Assembly: GCA_042219045.1 (NCBI GenBank)
Contig: JBDGQO010000003.1
Location: forward strand, 78,293-142,292
Direction of reading: 5' to 3'
DNA: 64,000 nucleotides
Origin: Candidatus Bipolaricaulia bacterium
GTDB lineage: Bacteria > Bipolaricaulota > Bipolaricaulia > RBG-16-55-9
Part shown: in pieces, positions 37,977 to 50,577 of the stretch
How the letters are laid out: each line of letters begins with the position of its first letter
Position numbering within the stretch: position 1 is the first letter of the stretch
Program-made: the position numbers and the translations under genes
Notes under the pieces: model-generated
The model's database searches: none
What the model saw: the letters and a program-made list of their open reading frames with translations, nothing else
Told to the model about the DNA's origin: nothing

Positions 37977-39333
37977 AGTGGCGCAGCGGGCCCGACCCGT
38001 GGACCAGCTTCACGCCGTGTAGGCGCTCCTTCCGATCGGCGATCGCCCCGAGCGCGTCGGCGACGGCATCCAGGTGCTCCTGCGTGTAGACGCGCCGCGG
38101 AATCGCCAGGCGGACCAGCTCCAATTCGGGATAGACCGTCTCGCCCGTGTTGGGATCTTGCCGCGCGAACATGACGCTGCCGACCTCGACGGCTCGGATG
38201 CCGGCCTCGCGATAGAGCTCGATCGTCAAGGACTGGCCCGGAAACGCCCCTTGCGGCAGATGCGGGAGGAACCGTTTGACGTCGACGTAGACGGCATGGC
38301 CCCCCACGGGCTCGACGACCGGGACCCCGCGTCGACGCAACTGCTCGGCGAGGTATCGCGTCTGGCCGATTCGGTGTCGCAGATAGGCGTCGTCCAGCGC
38401 TTCGCTCAGGCCCTGAGCCATGGCGGCCAGATCCCGACCGGCGAGCCCGCCGTAGGTCGGAAACCCTTCCATGAGGATGAGCGACTCCATCGCGCGCTCA
38501 TGGAGCGCTTCATCGTCCATGCAGACGAGGCCCCCGATGTTGACGAGCCCGTCCTTCTTGGCGCTGATCAGGCATCCGTCGGCGGTCTCAAACATCTCGC
38601 GGGCGATGCGTTCAATGGAGACGTCGGCGTAGCCGGCCTCGCGTTCCTGGATAAAGAAAGCGTTCTCGGCGAATCGCGCCGCGTCGAGGAAGAACGGCAC
38701 GCCATGACGATGGGCGATCTCGCTGGCGCCCTTGAGATTCGCCAGTGAAGCGGGCTGGCCGCCGCCGCTGTTGTTCGTCACCGTCATCATCACCAACGGG
38801 ACCTGATCGGGGCCGTGCTCCGCCAACGTGCGCTCCAGGCGATCGAGGTCCATGTTCCCCTTGAAGGGATGCGCGTTGCAGGGGTCGTAGGCCTCGTCGA
38901 TGACGAGGTTGACGGGGCGGCCGCCACGGTGGATGACGTGGGCACGGGTCGTATCGAAGTGCATGTTGTTCGGCACGATCTGGTCGGCATTCACCAGACA
39001 TGAGAACAACACGTGCTCGGCGGCACGCCCCTGATGCGTCGGCAGGATGCATTCAAAGCCGGTGATCCGCTGAACGACGGCGTGCAACTGCTGGAAGCTG
39101 CGGCTGCCGGCGTAGGCCTCGTCGCCGCTCAAGAGCGCCGACCATTGGGCCTGGCTCATCGCGCCGGTGCCCGAGTCCGTCAACAGATCGATGTGCACGT
39201 CCTCGCTGGCCAGCTTGAAGACGTTGTAGCCTGCCGCCTGGATGCGGGCTTCGCGCTCAGCGCGCGGCAACAAATGGACAGGCTCCACGGCCTTGATCTT
39301 GTACGGGACGAACGGGCGCGAATGTTCCGTCAT
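37945..39333 (-). CDS. tnaA: Tryptophanase (PLP beta-eliminating lyase)
   Basis: [31 protein letters not shown] lysine, [11 protein letters not shown]-terminal LRHF favours tryptophanase over tyrosine phenol-lyase (LRFF). Confidence 0.85.
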   Translation of the reverse strand: MTEHSRPFVPYKIKAVEPVHLLPRAEREARIQAAGYNVFKLASEDVHIDLLTDSGTGAMSQAQWSALLSGDEAYAGSRSFQQLHAVVQRITGFECILPTHQGRAAEHVLFSCLVNADQIVPNNMHFDTTRAHVIHRGGRPVNLVIDEAYDPCNAHPFKGNMDLDRLERTLAEHGPDQVPLVMMTVTNNSGGGQPASLANLKGASEIAHRHGVPFFLDAARFAENAFFIQEREAGYADVSIERIAREMFETADGCLISAKKDGLVNIGGLVCMDDEALHERAMESLILMEGFPTYGGLAGRDLAAMAQGLSEALDDAYLRHRIGQTRYLAEQLRRRGVPVVEPVGGHAVYVDVKRFLPHLPQGAFPGQSLTIELYREAGIRAVEVGSVMFARQDPNTGETVYPELELVRLAIPRRVYTQEHLDAVADALGAIADRKERLHGVKLVHGSGPLRHFIAQFEPMSK

Positions 39334-39351
39334 GGCGGAAGTTCCGAGCAG

Positions 39352-40254
39352 CTACGTCTCCGATTCCTGGGCCTCATTGCCTCCCGCAAACGCCTTCAGC
39401 AGCTCGATCGGCAAAGGCACGACGATCGTGCTCGACTGCTCGTTCGTGATGTCCAAGAGCGTCTGCAGATAACGGAGCTGGATCGAGGCCGGCTGCGACT
39501 GGAGGACCTCGGCGGCCTCGGTCAAGCGCTCGGCGGCCTGGTACTCGCCGTCGGCGTTGATGATCTTGGCGCGCCGCTCACGTTCGGCTTCGGCCTGGCG
39601 ACCGATCGTCCGTTGCATGTCCTGGGGAATTCGGACGTCCTTGATCTCGACGGCGCGCACCTTGATGCCCCAGGGATCGGTGTGCTCGTCGATGATCTGC
39701 TGCAGCTGTTGGTTGAGCCGCTCCCGATCGGACAGCAGCTCGTCCAACTCCGCCTGGCCGCAGACGCTGCGCAGCGTCGTCTGGGCCAACTGGTTGGTCG
39801 CCTGATAGAAGTCCTCGACCTCGGTGATGGCCGCATTCGGGTCGATGACGCGGTAGAGCACCACGGCATTGACCGAAACGGTTACGTTGTCCTGCGTGAT
39901 GACCTCTTGGGGCGGTATGTCGAAGGTGACGATTCGGAGGCTCACCTTCACCATCTTGTCGATAATCGGAATGAGGAAGAACAGGCCCGGTCCTTTTGCG
40001 CCTTGAAGGCGGCCAAGTCGGAAGACGACGCCGCGCTCGTATTCGCGCACGATCCGTATCGCGCTGGCGAGGATAAGGGCGACGACCACCACTACGGCGA
40101 TAATCGCGATGTTCATGCCACCGATCCCTCCTTGAAGGAAGTCCGAGATCCAGCGCTGGAGCGGTTCAAACTGAAACACGGACCCGGCCAGGATGAGCAA
40201 GGTAATCAGGATTGTCGCCCAGTTCTGGCCGCTGCCGTCGCTTTGATCGCCCAT
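39352..40254 (-). CDS. SPFH/band-7 (slipin) family membrane protein
   Basis: [46 protein letters not shown]; alternative start ATG 40116 has a strong SD. Confidence 0.92.
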   Translation of the reverse strand: MGDQSDGSGQNWATILITLLILAGSVFQFEPLQRWISDFLQGGIGGMNIAIIAVVVVVALILASAIRIVREYERGVVFRLGRLQGAKGPGLFFLIPIIDKMVKVSLRIVTFDIPPQEVITQDNVTVSVNAVVLYRVIDPNAAITEVEDFYQATNQLAQTTLRSVCGQAELDELLSDRERLNQQLQQIIDEHTDPWGIKVRAVEIKDVRIPQDMQRTIGRQAEAERERRAKIINADGEYQAAERLTEAAEVLQSQPASIQLRYLQTLLDITNEQSSTIVVPLPIELLKAFAGGNEAQESET

Positions 40255-40376
40255 AACATCCGATGAATCTCGAAGGCTGAGCTATTATCCGCGATGAGCA
40301 CGGCGAGATCAATGTGTGCCTGCCGAGCGGATTGCCGATCCGTCGACCCAGAGCCTACAATTACGCGGGTGAGTCC

Positions 40377-41144
40377 ATGCGGACACCGTTGATCGCCGCC
40401 AATTGGAAAATGCACAAGACCCGCCCCGACGCGCGATCGTTTTTGCTCGCGTTCAAGCCGTCCGTCACGTCGGTCGCTGACGTTGAGATGACGGTTGCGC
40501 CCCCGTTTCCGTTGCTCGACGCAGCTGCCGAGCTGGTGGCGGCTTCGCCGATCTCGCTGGCCGCCCAGAACGTGCACCCTGAGCCGGAGGGCGCGTTCAC
40601 CGGTGAGGTATCGCCCGCCATGTTGGCGGAACTGGCATGCCGCTACGTCATCGTCGGCCACTCGGAGCGCCGCGAGACGTTCGGCGAGGACGACGGGTTT
40701 ATCAATCGGAAACTCCACGCGCTCGACGAGCATCGCTTGACGCCCATCCTGTGCGTCGGCGAGTCGTTGGAGCAACGGGAAGCAGCCGAAACCGAGACGG
40801 TCCTGGAACGCCAGCTCCGCGACGGCCTGGCTGGGCTGTCCAGCGATCGGGTGGCCCGACTGGTGATCGCGTACGAGCCCGTTTGGGCAATCGGCACGGG
40901 GCGAACCGCTGCGCCCGAGGACGCTGAGGCTGGGGCTCGTTTCATGCGGGATCTCATCGTTGACCTTTACGACGACGCCACCGCCCGGTCGGTTCGGGTC
41001 CAGTACGGGGGCAGCGTCAAGCCCGACAACGCGGCCGAGCTCATGGGCCAACCGAACGTCGACGGCGCGCTCGTGGGAGGCGCGTCCCTCGATCCGAATG
41101 CGTTCGCCGAGATCATCCACGAAACCGCGCGAACGCTCGGCTGA
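40377..41144 (+). CDS. tpiA: Triosephosphate isomerase
   Basis: AANWKM, GAFTGE, VGHSERR, AYEPVWAIGTG, YGGSV, LVGGASL; TTGCCG-N18-TACAAT promoter upstream. Confidence 0.98.
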   Translation: MRTPLIAANWKMHKTRPDARSFLLAFKPSVTSVADVEMTVAPPFPLLDAAAELVAASPISLAAQNVHPEPEGAFTGEVSPAMLAELACRYVIVGHSERRETFGEDDGFINRKLHALDEHRLTPILCVGESLEQREAAETETVLERQLRDGLAGLSSDRVARLVIAYEPVWAIGTGRTAAPEDAEAGARFMRDLIVDLYDDATARSVRVQYGGSVKPDNAAELMGQPNVDGALVGGASLDPNAFAEIIHETARTLG

Positions 41145-41947
41145 TGCCCGAACTCCCCGAGGTTGAGACGATCCGGCGCGACCTCCTGACGCTCGTCGCG
41201 GGCCAGCGTCTCCAGGGCCTGAGCGTGCATGAGCGCGTCCACTTGCTCAAAAACGCCACTGAGGCCGAACTGACTGACCGTCTGACGGGCCGCGCGTTGG
41301 AGACAGTCGAACGCGAGGGGAAATACCTCGTCTTCCGCTTTGGGGCCGAATCGATGGTGCTCCATCTGCGCATGAGCGGACGGCTCTTGACGCAGGCTGC
41401 CGACCACACGCGAATGACATTGACATTCGATCGGACGAGGCTCTACTTCGACGATGCCCGCCGCTTCGGCATGCTTTTTCTCTCCACAACCGAGCGACTG
41501 CATCAGCTGGAGCCGTTGGGCAAACTTGGGCTGGAGCCCTTTTCAGACGGGTACACGCTCAACGCGTTCCGCTCGCTCCTGGGCAGCTCCCAGGAGATCA
41601 AACGCCTCCTGCTGGACCAGCACAAGATCGCCGGCTTGGGCAACATCTACGCCTGCGAAGCGCTTCACGACGCACGCGTCCATCCGGAACGGCCCGCCAG
41701 CTCCCTGCGTCCTGCGGAGAGTCGAGCGCTCCACGCGGCCATTCCGGAGGTGCTCCAGCGTGCCATTGACGCCGGCGGCACCTCGTTCCGGTCCTATGAG
41801 ACGCCGTCAGGGGAGCTGGGCCACTTCCAGGCCGAGTTCGCCGTCTATGGCCGGAAAGGCGATCCCTGCGATCAATGCGACACGCCCATCGAACGGATCG
41901 ATCAAGGCGGCCGCAGCAGCTTCCTCTGTCCCCGCTGTCAACGCTAG
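41144..41947 (+). CDS. mutM: Formamidopyrimidine-DNA glycosylase
   Basis: MPELPEVE, HLRMSG, RRFG, AGLGNIYACE, C-terminal zinc finger CDQC...CPRCQ. Confidence 0.96.
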   Translation: MPELPEVETIRRDLLTLVAGQRLQGLSVHERVHLLKNATEAELTDRLTGRALETVEREGKYLVFRFGAESMVLHLRMSGRLLTQAADHTRMTLTFDRTRLYFDDARRFGMLFLSTTERLHQLEPLGKLGLEPFSDGYTLNAFRSLLGSSQEIKRLLLDQHKIAGLGNIYACEALHDARVHPERPASSLRPAESRALHAAIPEVLQRAIDAGGTSFRSYETPSGELGHFQAEFAVYGRKGDPCDQCDTPIERIDQGGRSSFLCPRCQR

Positions 41948-41966
41948 TTCTGCTGGCGAGATTGCC

Positions 41967-41995
41967 TTGACACGCTCCCGGGGAGGCACTATCAT
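41967..41995 (+). promoter_or_regulatory. Sigma70-type promoter of the hrcA-dnaK operon
   Basis: TTGACA-N17-TATCAT. Confidence 0.8.
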
Positions 41996-42005
41996 TTTCT
42001 CAGGT

Positions 42006-42032
42006 TTAGCAGTCGATATCGGAGAGTGCTAA
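42006..42032 (+). promoter_or_regulatory. CIRCE operator (HrcA binding site)
   Basis: TTAGCAGTC-N9-GAGTGCTAA, one mismatch to TTAGCACTC-N9-GAGTGCTAA, 3 nt before the hrcA ATG. Confidence 0.93.
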
Positions 42033-42035
42033 TAG

Positions 42036-43085
42036 ATGGACAACCGCAGACAGGTGGTGCTGAAGGCGATCACGGACTACTACCTTAAGCAGGGCCAGCC
42101 GATCAGTTCCAAGACCCTGCTGGAGGACTATCCGCTCGACGTCAGCTCCGCCACGATCCGCAACGACATGAAAGCTCTGGAAGAGGCCAAGCTCATCAGC
42201 AAGGCCTACAGCTCCGCCGGGCGGGTGCCGACCGAACGGGGGATTCGGTTCTTCGTCGACTGGCTGTTGGAGCTGAGCGAGTTGGCCCATCACGACCAGA
42301 ACGCCGTCATCGAGAGCTATCGTATCCAGCGACAGGACGTCGAACAGCTCCTGGAGCAGACCGCGTTTTTGCTCACCAACCTGAGCGGTTATGCCGGATT
42401 TGTGCTCTCCCCGCGCCTGGAGGATTCGCGCTTGGAGTCGATCGTCTTCGCCAAGCTGGACGCGGAAAACGCCCTGGCGGTGATCGTGTCCGAACTGGGC
42501 ATCCTCGAGTACCGCGTGGTCGCCTCGCGGCTGCCCGAGGACGAACTGCGCGATATCGGGGGGATGTTGACCGATCGACTGCGAGGCCAGCGCTTGGGCG
42601 AGGTGCGCGCGGCGGCGATGCGCTACGCCGAGGACGACGACTGGCAGGAGCCCATGGTGCGCAACGCGTTCACGCTGTTGCGAGAGGGGTTGGAGCGGCG
42701 CCTGGAGCGCAAGCTGTACGTGGAGGGGATGATCGAGCTGCTGGAAGGGATGCTCCAAGAGGGCCACACGTTCGACGAAGCCCATCAGACGCTCAGTCGG
42801 CTCCGCGACGGCCGGCCGCTCAGCGACCATCTCGAACGCGAAGTCTCCGATCAGATTCAGGCCCGCATCGGGACCGAGAACGAGTTGCCGGAGCTGAAGT
42901 CCTGCGGCTTGGTGTTCACGCGCTACGGCACCTCGGGCACGCTCGGCGTCGTCGGCCCGACCCGCATGGACTACAGTAAGGTATTCTCCATTACGAGCTA
43001 TTTGGCCAACCGACTGCAGGCGATTCTGACGCTCAGCCATCGCGAATGGGACCTGACGTTGGAGACGGAGGTGAGCGGCGGATGA
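42036..43085 (+). CDS. hrcA: Heat-inducible transcription repressor HrcA
   Basis: PISSKTL, SSATIRNDM, SAGRVPTERG, GVVGPTRMDY; CIRCE upstream. Confidence 0.95.
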   Translation: MDNRRQVVLKAITDYYLKQGQPISSKTLLEDYPLDVSSATIRNDMKALEEAKLISKAYSSAGRVPTERGIRFFVDWLLELSELAHHDQNAVIESYRIQRQDVEQLLEQTAFLLTNLSGYAGFVLSPRLEDSRLESIVFAKLDAENALAVIVSELGILEYRVVASRLPEDELRDIGGMLTDRLRGQRLGEVRAAAMRYAEDDDWQEPMVRNAFTLLREGLERRLERKLYVEGMIELLEGMLQEGHTFDEAHQTLSRLRDGRPLSDHLEREVSDQIQARIGTENELPELKSCGLVFTRYGTSGTLGVVGPTRMDYSKVFSITSYLANRLQAILTLSHREWDLTLETEVSGG

Positions 43086-43834
43086 GCAACGAAGCCGCCC
43101 AACCCAACGAGCGAATGCAAGACGAGACCCTGAACGACCAAGCTGAGAACGACCAGACAGAACAGACCGATCAAACCGACATTTCGGCTCAACGCGAGCA
43201 GGAGCCGTCGTCGTCGCCGGATCAGCCGTCGGACGACGACACCGTTGATACGACCTCGGCCGAGCCGTCGTCGGACGTCGAGGCGCTGCGGGCCGAACTG
43301 GACGAGAAGGATCAGCGCCTGCAGGAGTCGATTGACCGACTGCAACGGCTACAGGCCGATTTTGAGAACTACAAGAAACGCGTCGCCCGGGAGCGCGATG
43401 AGCAGCTTCGCCGGGCGGAGAACGAGATTCTGATGGGGATTTTGCCCGTCTATGACAGCTTTGACCGCGCCTTCCGCGCCTACGAGCTCGACGGCGACGA
43501 GTCGGCGTTCGTCGAGGGCATGGAACGGGTTTTCGCCCAGTTCCGCGACGCCCTGGCGGCTCAGGACGTCCACCCCATCGACGCCGAAGGGCAGCCGTTC
43601 GATCCCTCGCGCCACGAGGCGCTCATGAGCGCGGAGACGGACGAGCACCCGCCGAACACGGTGCTGGAGGCGTTCGAGCGCGGCTACGTCCGCGGCGACG
43701 AGCTCCTGCGACCGAGCCGCGTCAAGGTGAGCCGCCCGCCAACGCCGTCGCCATCATCGGAGGCGGGTGACGATGACGAGGCAACCGACGGACCGGAATC
43801 AGAGCCTGATCAAGACGAAGGAGGGACGGACTGA
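43082..43834 (+). CDS. grpE: Nucleotide exchange factor GrpE
   Basis: [29 protein letters not shown]...[13 protein letters not shown] overlap with hrcA. Confidence 0.95.
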   Translation: MSNEAAQPNERMQDETLNDQAENDQTEQTDQTDISAQREQEPSSSPDQPSDDDTVDTTSAEPSSDVEALRAELDEKDQRLQESIDRLQRLQADFENYKKRVARERDEQLRRAENEILMGILPVYDSFDRAFRAYELDGDESAFVEGMERVFAQFRDALAAQDVHPIDAEGQPFDPSRHEALMSAETDEHPPNTVLEAFERGYVRGDELLRPSRVKVSRPPTPSPSSEAGDDDEATDGPESEPDQDEGGTD

Positions 43835-45711
43835 TGGCCAAAGAGAAGATCATCGGCATTGACCTGGGAACGACGATGTCGGCGATGGGGATCGTCGAAG
43901 GCGGCGACCCCGAGATCGTGCCCAACGCCGAGGGCGAACGGATCACGCCCTCGGCCGTGGCGTTCGACGACGACGGCGAACGCCTCGTCGGCACGCTCGC
44001 CCGTCGCCAGTCGATCACCAACCCGGATCGGACGATCCAAGAGATCAAGCGCAAGATGGGCACCGACGAGCGCGTCTCGATCGAGGCCGAGGGCGAGACG
44101 AAGCAGTACTCGCCCGAAGAGATCAGCGCCATGATCCTGCAGAAGCTCAAGGCGGACGCCGAGGATCGCTTCGGCCACAAGATCGAGAAGGCCGTCATTA
44201 CGTGCCCGGCCTACTTCAATAACGAACAGCGCCAGGCCACGAAGGATGCGGGCAAGATCGCTGGCTTTGACGTCCAGCGCGTTATCAACGAGCCGACCGC
44301 CGCGTCGCTCGCCTACGGGCTCGACAAGGAGGGCGACTCGACCATCCTCGTCTTCGACTTGGGCGGGGGCACGTTCGACGTGTCGATCCTCGACATCGGC
44401 GAGGGCGTGTTCGAGGTCGTCGCCACCGGCGGCGACAACGAGCTCGGCGGCGCCGACTTCGACCAGCGGGTCATGGACTGGCTCATCGAGCAGTTCCAGA
44501 ACGAGCAAGGCATCGACCTTCGCCAGGACAAGGCCGCGATGCAACGGCTCAAGGAGGCCGCCGAGGGCGCCAAGAAGGAGCTCTCCTCCAAAAAGGAGAC
44601 GACCATCCATTTGCCCTACATCACGGCGGACCAGAACGGGCCCAAGCACCTGGAGACCAAGCTGACCCGCGCGAAGTTTGAAGCGCTTGTCGAGGACCTG
44701 ATCGAACAGACCATGACCAAGGTGCGCGAGACGCTCAAAGACGCCGACATGGACGCAAGCAACATCGACCAGATCGTCCTCGTGGGCGGCTCGACGCGCA
44801 TCCCGAAGGTCCAAGAGCTGATCGACGAGATCGTGCCGGGCAAGATCAACAAGGAGATCAACCCGGACGAGGTCGTCGCGTTGGGCGCGGCCTTGCAGGG
44901 CGCGGTGCTCGCTGGCGACATGGACGACATCGTCCTGCTGGACGTCACGCCGTTGACGCTGTCGATCGAGACGCTCGGCGGCATCGCGACGCCGCTGATT
45001 GAGAAGAACACGACGATCCCGACGGAGAAGACGAAGACGTTCACCACCGCCGACGACAATCAGACGAGCGTCGACGTCCACGTCGTCCAGGGCGAACGGA
45101 AGCTGGCCCAGGACAACAAGAGCCTCGGGCGCTTCCAGCTCCAGGACATTCCGCCGGCCCCGCGTGGCGTTCCCCAGATCGAGGTCACGTTCAGCATCGA
45201 CGCCGACGGCATCCTGAACGTCAGCGCCAAGGACAAGGGGACCGGCAAGTCCGCCAGCATCGAGATCAAGGAGACCTCGCGCCTCAGCGAGGACGAGATC
45301 GAGCGCATGCAGAAGGAGGCCGAGCAGTACGCCGAGGAGGACGAGCGCAAGGCCGAGGAGATCGAGACGCGCAACCAGGCCGACCAGCTCGTCTACTCCG
45401 TGGAGAAGACGCTCGACGAGTACGGCGGGCAAGTGAGCGAGGAGACCCGCGAGCAGACGCGCACGAAGCTCGACGAGCTGAAGGAGCTGCTCCAGGACGA
45501 GAACGAGGCGGACATCGAGCAGATCAAGTCGGCCATGGAGGAGCTCCAGCAGGCGTCACAGGAGCTCGGCCAGAAGATCTACGAGCAGGCCCAGCAAGAG
45601 GAGCAAGCCGAGGCCGGCGACGAGGCAACGAGCACCGACGGCACCGGCGATACGTCGTCCGAGGACTACGTCGAGGCCGAGTACGATTCGGAGGACGACA
45701 AGACCTCGTGA
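43834..45711 (+). CDS. dnaK: Chaperone DnaK
   Basis: [51 protein letters not shown]. Confidence 0.99.
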   Translation: MAKEKIIGIDLGTTMSAMGIVEGGDPEIVPNAEGERITPSAVAFDDDGERLVGTLARRQSITNPDRTIQEIKRKMGTDERVSIEAEGETKQYSPEEISAMILQKLKADAEDRFGHKIEKAVITCPAYFNNEQRQATKDAGKIAGFDVQRVINEPTAASLAYGLDKEGDSTILVFDLGGGTFDVSILDIGEGVFEVVATGGDNELGGADFDQRVMDWLIEQFQNEQGIDLRQDKAAMQRLKEAAEGAKKELSSKKETTIHLPYITADQNGPKHLETKLTRAKFEALVEDLIEQTMTKVRETLKDADMDASNIDQIVLVGGSTRIPKVQELIDEIVPGKINKEINPDEVVALGAALQGAVLAGDMDDIVLLDVTPLTLSIETLGGIATPLIEKNTTIPTEKTKTFTTADDNQTSVDVHVVQGERKLAQDNKSLGRFQLQDIPPAPRGVPQIEVTFSIDADGILNVSAKDKGTGKSASIEIKETSRLSEDEIERMQKEAEQYAEEDERKAEEIETRNQADQLVYSVEKTLDEYGGQVSEETREQTRTKLDELKELLQDENEADIEQIKSAMEELQQASQELGQKIYEQAQQEEQAEAGDEATSTDGTGDTSSEDYVEAEYDSEDDKTS

Positions 45712-45718
45712 CGTCTTG

Positions 45719-45772
45719 ATCGAGCGGTGCCGCTTGATACGCTCGAATAGGGGGCGCAGCGGGCTGCGCCCC
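45719..45772 (+). other. Two tandem hairpins in the dnaK-dnaJ intergenic region
   Basis: ATCGAGCG-GTGC-CGCTTGAT (45719-45738) and GGGGCGCAG-CGGG-CTGCGCCCC (45751-45772); no U-tract, so mRNA stability or partial termination is inferred. Confidence 0.5.
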
Positions 45773-45812
45773 TCTGCCCGATATCCGGCCGGAATGGCAT
45801 TGAAGGGATACC

Positions 45813-46894
<1,082 letters not shown>

Positions 46895-46919
<25 letters not shown>

Positions 46920-47527
46920 CCGCCGTCGTCCGCTGCGGACGACGACAGCCGGACGAGTTCGCGACCCACCTCGTCCAAGGCACGGCGCCGGTGGCTGATC
47001 TCGCTCTTGACGCCGTCGCCCAGCTCCGCAAGCGTCGCTTGGTGGCCCTCGGGCACGAAGACGGGATCGTAGCCGAAGCCGCTCTCGCCGCGTTTCGTCG
47101 TGGCAATCTCGCCTCGGAGCTCGCCCTCGGCGACGGCTTCCCCATGATCGGCGCCGATGTGGAGCACGGCCACACAGACGAACCGAGCCGCGCGATTTTC
47201 AACGCCGTCCAGTTCGTTGAGAAGTTTGTCGATGTTGGCGTCGTCGGAGGCTTGTTCTCCCGCGAAACGAGCTGTGTAGACGCCGGGGGCGCCATCGAGC
47301 GCGTCCACCTCAAGGCCGGCATCCTCGGCCAGCACAGGCCGTCCCGTCTCCGTCGCGATCTGCGAGGCCTTCAGGCGGGCGTTCTCGAGGAACGTCTCGC
47401 CCGTCTCCGCCACATCCCCGAACGGCACGTTTTCGAATGTGAGCAGCTCCAGGCCGGCAATGTCGCCTAGGATGTGGGTGATCTCGGCGATTTTGCCGCG
47501 ATTCCGCGTTCCGAGCAGCAGTTTCAC
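46895..47527 (-). CDS. rdgB: RdgB/HAM1 non-canonical purine NTP pyrophosphatase
   Basis: [44 protein letters not shown]. Confidence 0.95.
46924..46944. terminator. Hairpin at the dnaJ/rdgB convergence
   Basis: CGTCGTCCG-CTG-CGGACGACG, 4 nt after the dnaJ stop; no U-tract. Confidence 0.35.
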
Positions 47528-47550
47528 GGTCGCACGCCAGCTGGCCCTCG

Positions 47551-48615
47551 TTACGTGCCCTGTTCGCGGCGCGTGACCAGCTCCTGCACGCCCTCGAGGT
47601 CAAGCTCTCGAGCGAAGTGGCACGCGGAGTAGTGTTCCCCCTCGATCCGTTCCAGCTCCGGCACGTGGTTGGTGCAGACCTCCCAGCCGTGCTCGTTGTA
47701 GTAGGGGCAACGCGGATGGAAGACGCAGCCCGAGGGCGGATTGACAGGGCTCGGCACGTCGCCCTTGAGCAAAATCCGCTCCAGTTGGTAGTCCGGGTCC
47801 GGGGAGGGGACAGCCGACAGCAGCGCTTCCGTGTAGGGGTGCTTCGGGTTCTGGAACAGTTCCTCGGTTTCGGCCATCTCCGCGACCTTGCCGAGATACA
47901 TCACGGCGATGCGGTCGCTGATGTGGCGGACGACGCTCAGGTCGTGCGCGATGAACAGATACGTCAGCCCAAACTCCTTCTGCAGGTCCATCAACAGATT
48001 GATGACCTGGGCCTGGATGGAGACGTCCAGGGCCGAGACGGGCTCGTCGCAGACGATCAGATCGGGGTCAAGCGCGAGCGCGCGGGCGATGCCGATGCGC
48101 TGGCGCTGCCCGCCGCTGAACTCGTGCGGGTAGCGCTTGATATGGGAGGGGTTGAGGCCGACGGCCTCCAACAGCTCGCGCACGCGGGCCTCGCGCTCCT
48201 TGCCCTTGGCCACGCCGTGCACGACCAGCGGCTCGCCGACGATGTCCCCGACGGTCATGCGCGGATTCAGGCTGGAGTAAGGATCCTGGAAGATGATCTG
48301 AATCTGGCGTCGGAGGTCCTTCAGTTGGCGCGGGGACAGATCGGCCAGGTTGATCTCCTCGTCCCCGTTGCGGAAGATCACTTCGCTTCCCGGATCGGGA
48401 TCGATCAGCCGCAGGATGGCGCGTCCTGCCGTCGTCTTGCCGCAACCGGACTCCCCCACCAGCCCGAGCGTCTCGCCGCGGTTGATGTGGAACGAGACGC
48501 CGTCGACGGCCTTGACGTGGCCGACGGTGCGCCGGAACACACCCTTCTTAACCGGGAAATATTTCTGCAGACTGTTGACGGTCAGCAATGCCTCGCCGTT
48601 GGCCACCTCGGTCAC
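47551..48615 (-). CDS. Oligopeptide/dipeptide ABC transporter ATP-binding protein (OppF/DppF-like)
   Basis: [39 protein letters not shown]-terminal Cys cluster. Confidence 0.93.
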   Translation of the reverse strand: MTEVANGEALLTVNSLQKYFPVKKGVFRRTVGHVKAVDGVSFHINRGETLGLVGESGCGKTTAGRAILRLIDPDPGSEVIFRNGDEEINLADLSPRQLKDLRRQIQIIFQDPYSSLNPRMTVGDIVGEPLVVHGVAKGKEREARVRELLEAVGLNPSHIKRYPHEFSGGQRQRIGIARALALDPDLIVCDEPVSALDVSIQAQVINLLMDLQKEFGLTYLFIAHDLSVVRHISDRIAVMYLGKVAEMAETEELFQNPKHPYTEALLSAVPSPDPDYQLERILLKGDVPSPVNPPSGCVFHPRCPYYNEHGWEVCTNHVPELERIEGEHYSACHFARELDLEGVQELVTRREQGT

Positions 48616-48627
48616 CTCGCTTGCCCG

Positions 48628-49611
48628 CTATTCGTAGAGCCAGCACGCCACGCTGTGGTTCGACTCGATCTCGTCCAGGGGCGGCATCTCCTGGCAGACG
48701 TCCATGGCGTGCGGACAGCGCGTAATGAACGGGCACCCCTGGGGAATGTTGTACGGATCGGGCACGACGCCCTTAATGGGCTTGAGCCGTTCCCGCTCCT
48801 TGGTGAGCGCCGGAATCGACTCCATCAGGCCCTGTGTGTAAGGATGTTTCGGGTTGTGGAAGATCTCACGGACGGGGCCTTTTTCCACGATCTTGCCCAG
48901 ATACATGACGACGACCTCGTCCGCCGTTTCCGCGATGACGCCCAGGTCGTGGGTGATCATCATGAGCGACATCGCGTAGTCCTCTTGCAGGCCCTTGATG
49001 AGCTCGATGATCTGGGCCTGAATCGTGACGTCGAGCGCCGTGGTCGGCTCGTCAGCTACTAGCAGCTGGGGATTGCAGGACAGCGCCATGGCGATCATGG
49101 CGCGTTGGCGCATGCCCCCGGACAGCTGGTGCGGATACTCGTCGACGCGCTGGTCCGGCAACGGAATCCCGACCTTGCGAAGCATGTCGATCGCGCGATC
49201 GCGGGCCTCGTTTTTTTTGACGTTCTGATGGAGCATGATCGCCTCCATGATCTGGTCGCCGACCGTGTAGACGGGGTTGAGCGACGTCATCGGTTCCTGG
49301 AAGATCATGGCGATCTCGTTGCCGCGGATCTCGCGATACTGCTTGCCCTTCGGGTCGAGCTTGCTCAGATCGACGGGGTTGCCCTCGCGGTTGTAGGTGA
49401 TCGAGCCGTCGACGATCTTGCCGGGCGGCATGGGGATCAGCCCCATGACCGACAGGGCCGTCTGGCTCTTGCCGCAGCCGGACTCGCCGACCACACCCAA
49501 GCTGCCCTGGCGATCGATGGAGAACGAGACGCCGTCCACGGCTCGTACGACGCCGTCTTCGGTATAGAAGTGCGTTTTGAGATCCTGAATGTCGATGATG
49601 GGTTCGGCCAT
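48628..49611 (-). CDS. Oligopeptide/dipeptide ABC transporter ATP-binding protein (OppD/DppD-like)
   Basis: [39 protein letters not shown]-terminal Cys cluster. Confidence 0.93.
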   Translation of the reverse strand: MAEPIIDIQDLKTHFYTEDGVVRAVDGVSFSIDRQGSLGVVGESGCGKSQTALSVMGLIPMPPGKIVDGSITYNREGNPVDLSKLDPKGKQYREIRGNEIAMIFQEPMTSLNPVYTVGDQIMEAIMLHQNVKKNEARDRAIDMLRKVGIPLPDQRVDEYPHQLSGGMRQRAMIAMALSCNPQLLVADEPTTALDVTIQAQIIELIKGLQEDYAMSLMMITHDLGVIAETADEVVVMYLGKIVEKGPVREIFHNPKHPYTQGLMESIPALTKERERLKPIKGVVPDPYNIPQGCPFITRCPHAMDVCQEMPPLDEIESNHSVACWLYE

Positions 49612-49623
49612 TCTCAACCTCGC

Positions 49624-49848
49624 TTACGGGAGGAGCGACAGGGAGAGCGCGAGAATGAAAAAGAGCGCCCCGAGCCACCCAGTGGCCGTGCGCTTCGGAT
49701 CGCTCGTCTCCTCACGGCCGAAGACGGTATGGCTTCCGCCACCCCCGAAGGCGCCTCCGAGCTCAGAGTGCTTGCTCATCTGGATCAAGACGAGCCCAAT
49801 CAGTGCTAGGCAATCCAGAATTAGCAGGATGCTGATAAACGTTCGCAT
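49624..49848 (-). CDS. secG: Preprotein translocase subunit SecG
   Basis: 74 aa with two TM segments, VLIQ...LGGAFGGG motif. Confidence 0.88.
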   Translation of the reverse strand: MRTFISILLILDCLALIGLVLIQMSKHSELGGAFGGGGSHTVFGREETSDPKRTATGWLGALFFILALSLSLLP

Positions 49849-49872
49849 TCGGCTCGACCTCGCTTTCGCGCT

Positions 49873-49901
49873 ATTGTAGCAGACCCTCCATGATGACTCA
49901 A
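49873..49901 (-). promoter_or_regulatory. Sigma70-type promoter upstream of secG
   Basis: Minus strand TTGAGT-N17-TACAAT with extended -10 TG. Confidence 0.6.
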
Positions 49902-49911
49902 ATCACGGCAA

Positions 49912-50577
49912 TCATGACAAGAGGCGACGGATTTGAACGGGCCCTTTGAAATAGAGCAGTCCCAAGGCCAGCCCGCCCAAGTGGGTAACGTGGCCAATGC
50001 TTGGGAATGCTCCGGAAAACTGGGCCAAAATGGATATGCCCGCGATGACAATGACCATGTACTTGGCCCGGATCGGGATCGGCGGAAAGAGGAGCATCAA
50101 CTGTTGGTTGGGAAAGAGCATGGCGAACGCGAACAAGACGCCCATGATCGCGCCGGATGCGCCGAGGTTGATCGCGACGCCACCGCCCATGATAAACGGC
50201 CACAAGACCGTCACGAGCCCGGCTCCGGTGCCCGTAAAAAAGTAGTATTTCAAAAAGCGCTGACTGCCCCAGACGCGCTCCAGGATGTTGCCGAACTGCC
50301 AGAGAACAAACATGTTGATCAGAATGTGGAATAGCGAGCCATGCAGGAACATGTATGTCAGGAGTTGCCAGACTTGGAACTCCGGCAGCCACGGTGGTGT
50401 GATCAGCGCAAACGTCTCTTCCACCCAACTGGTGGCTCTCAGGCTGAGCGCCGAGAACAATCCGCCGCCCGAGACGGGCGGTTGGTTGAGCAACTGGAGG
50501 GCGTAGACGAGCACGTTGGCTACGATGAGGTATTGGGTGACGCTGGCAAGGCCGAGTGAGGCACTGAACCGTCTCAT
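49912..50577 (-). CDS. Rhomboid family intramembrane serine protease
   Basis: WQLLTYMFLHG, HILINM, GASG catalytic Ser, HLGG catalytic His; ATGA overlap with the upstream gene. Confidence 0.93.
   Translation of the reverse strand: MRRFSASLGLASVTQYLIVANVLVYALQLLNQPPVSGGGLFSALSLRATSWVEETFALITPPWLPEFQVWQLLTYMFLHGSLFHILINMFVLWQFGNILERVWGSQRFLKYYFFTGTGAGLVTVLWPFIMGGGVAINLGASGAIMGVLFAFAMLFPNQQLMLLFPPIPIRAKYMVIVIAGISILAQFSGAFPSIGHVTHLGGLALGLLYFKGPVQIRRLLS

Noticed and set aside
37945..39333. Tyrosine phenol-lyase as an alternative call
   Set aside because: SAKKD and the C-terminal LRHF fit tryptophanase better than TPL (SGKKD, LRFF).
43810..45432. 540-aa ORF antisense to dnaK
   Set aside because: Shadow ORF produced by strong codon bias on the coding strand; antisense ORFs to dnaK are a known artefact and no protein motifs are present.
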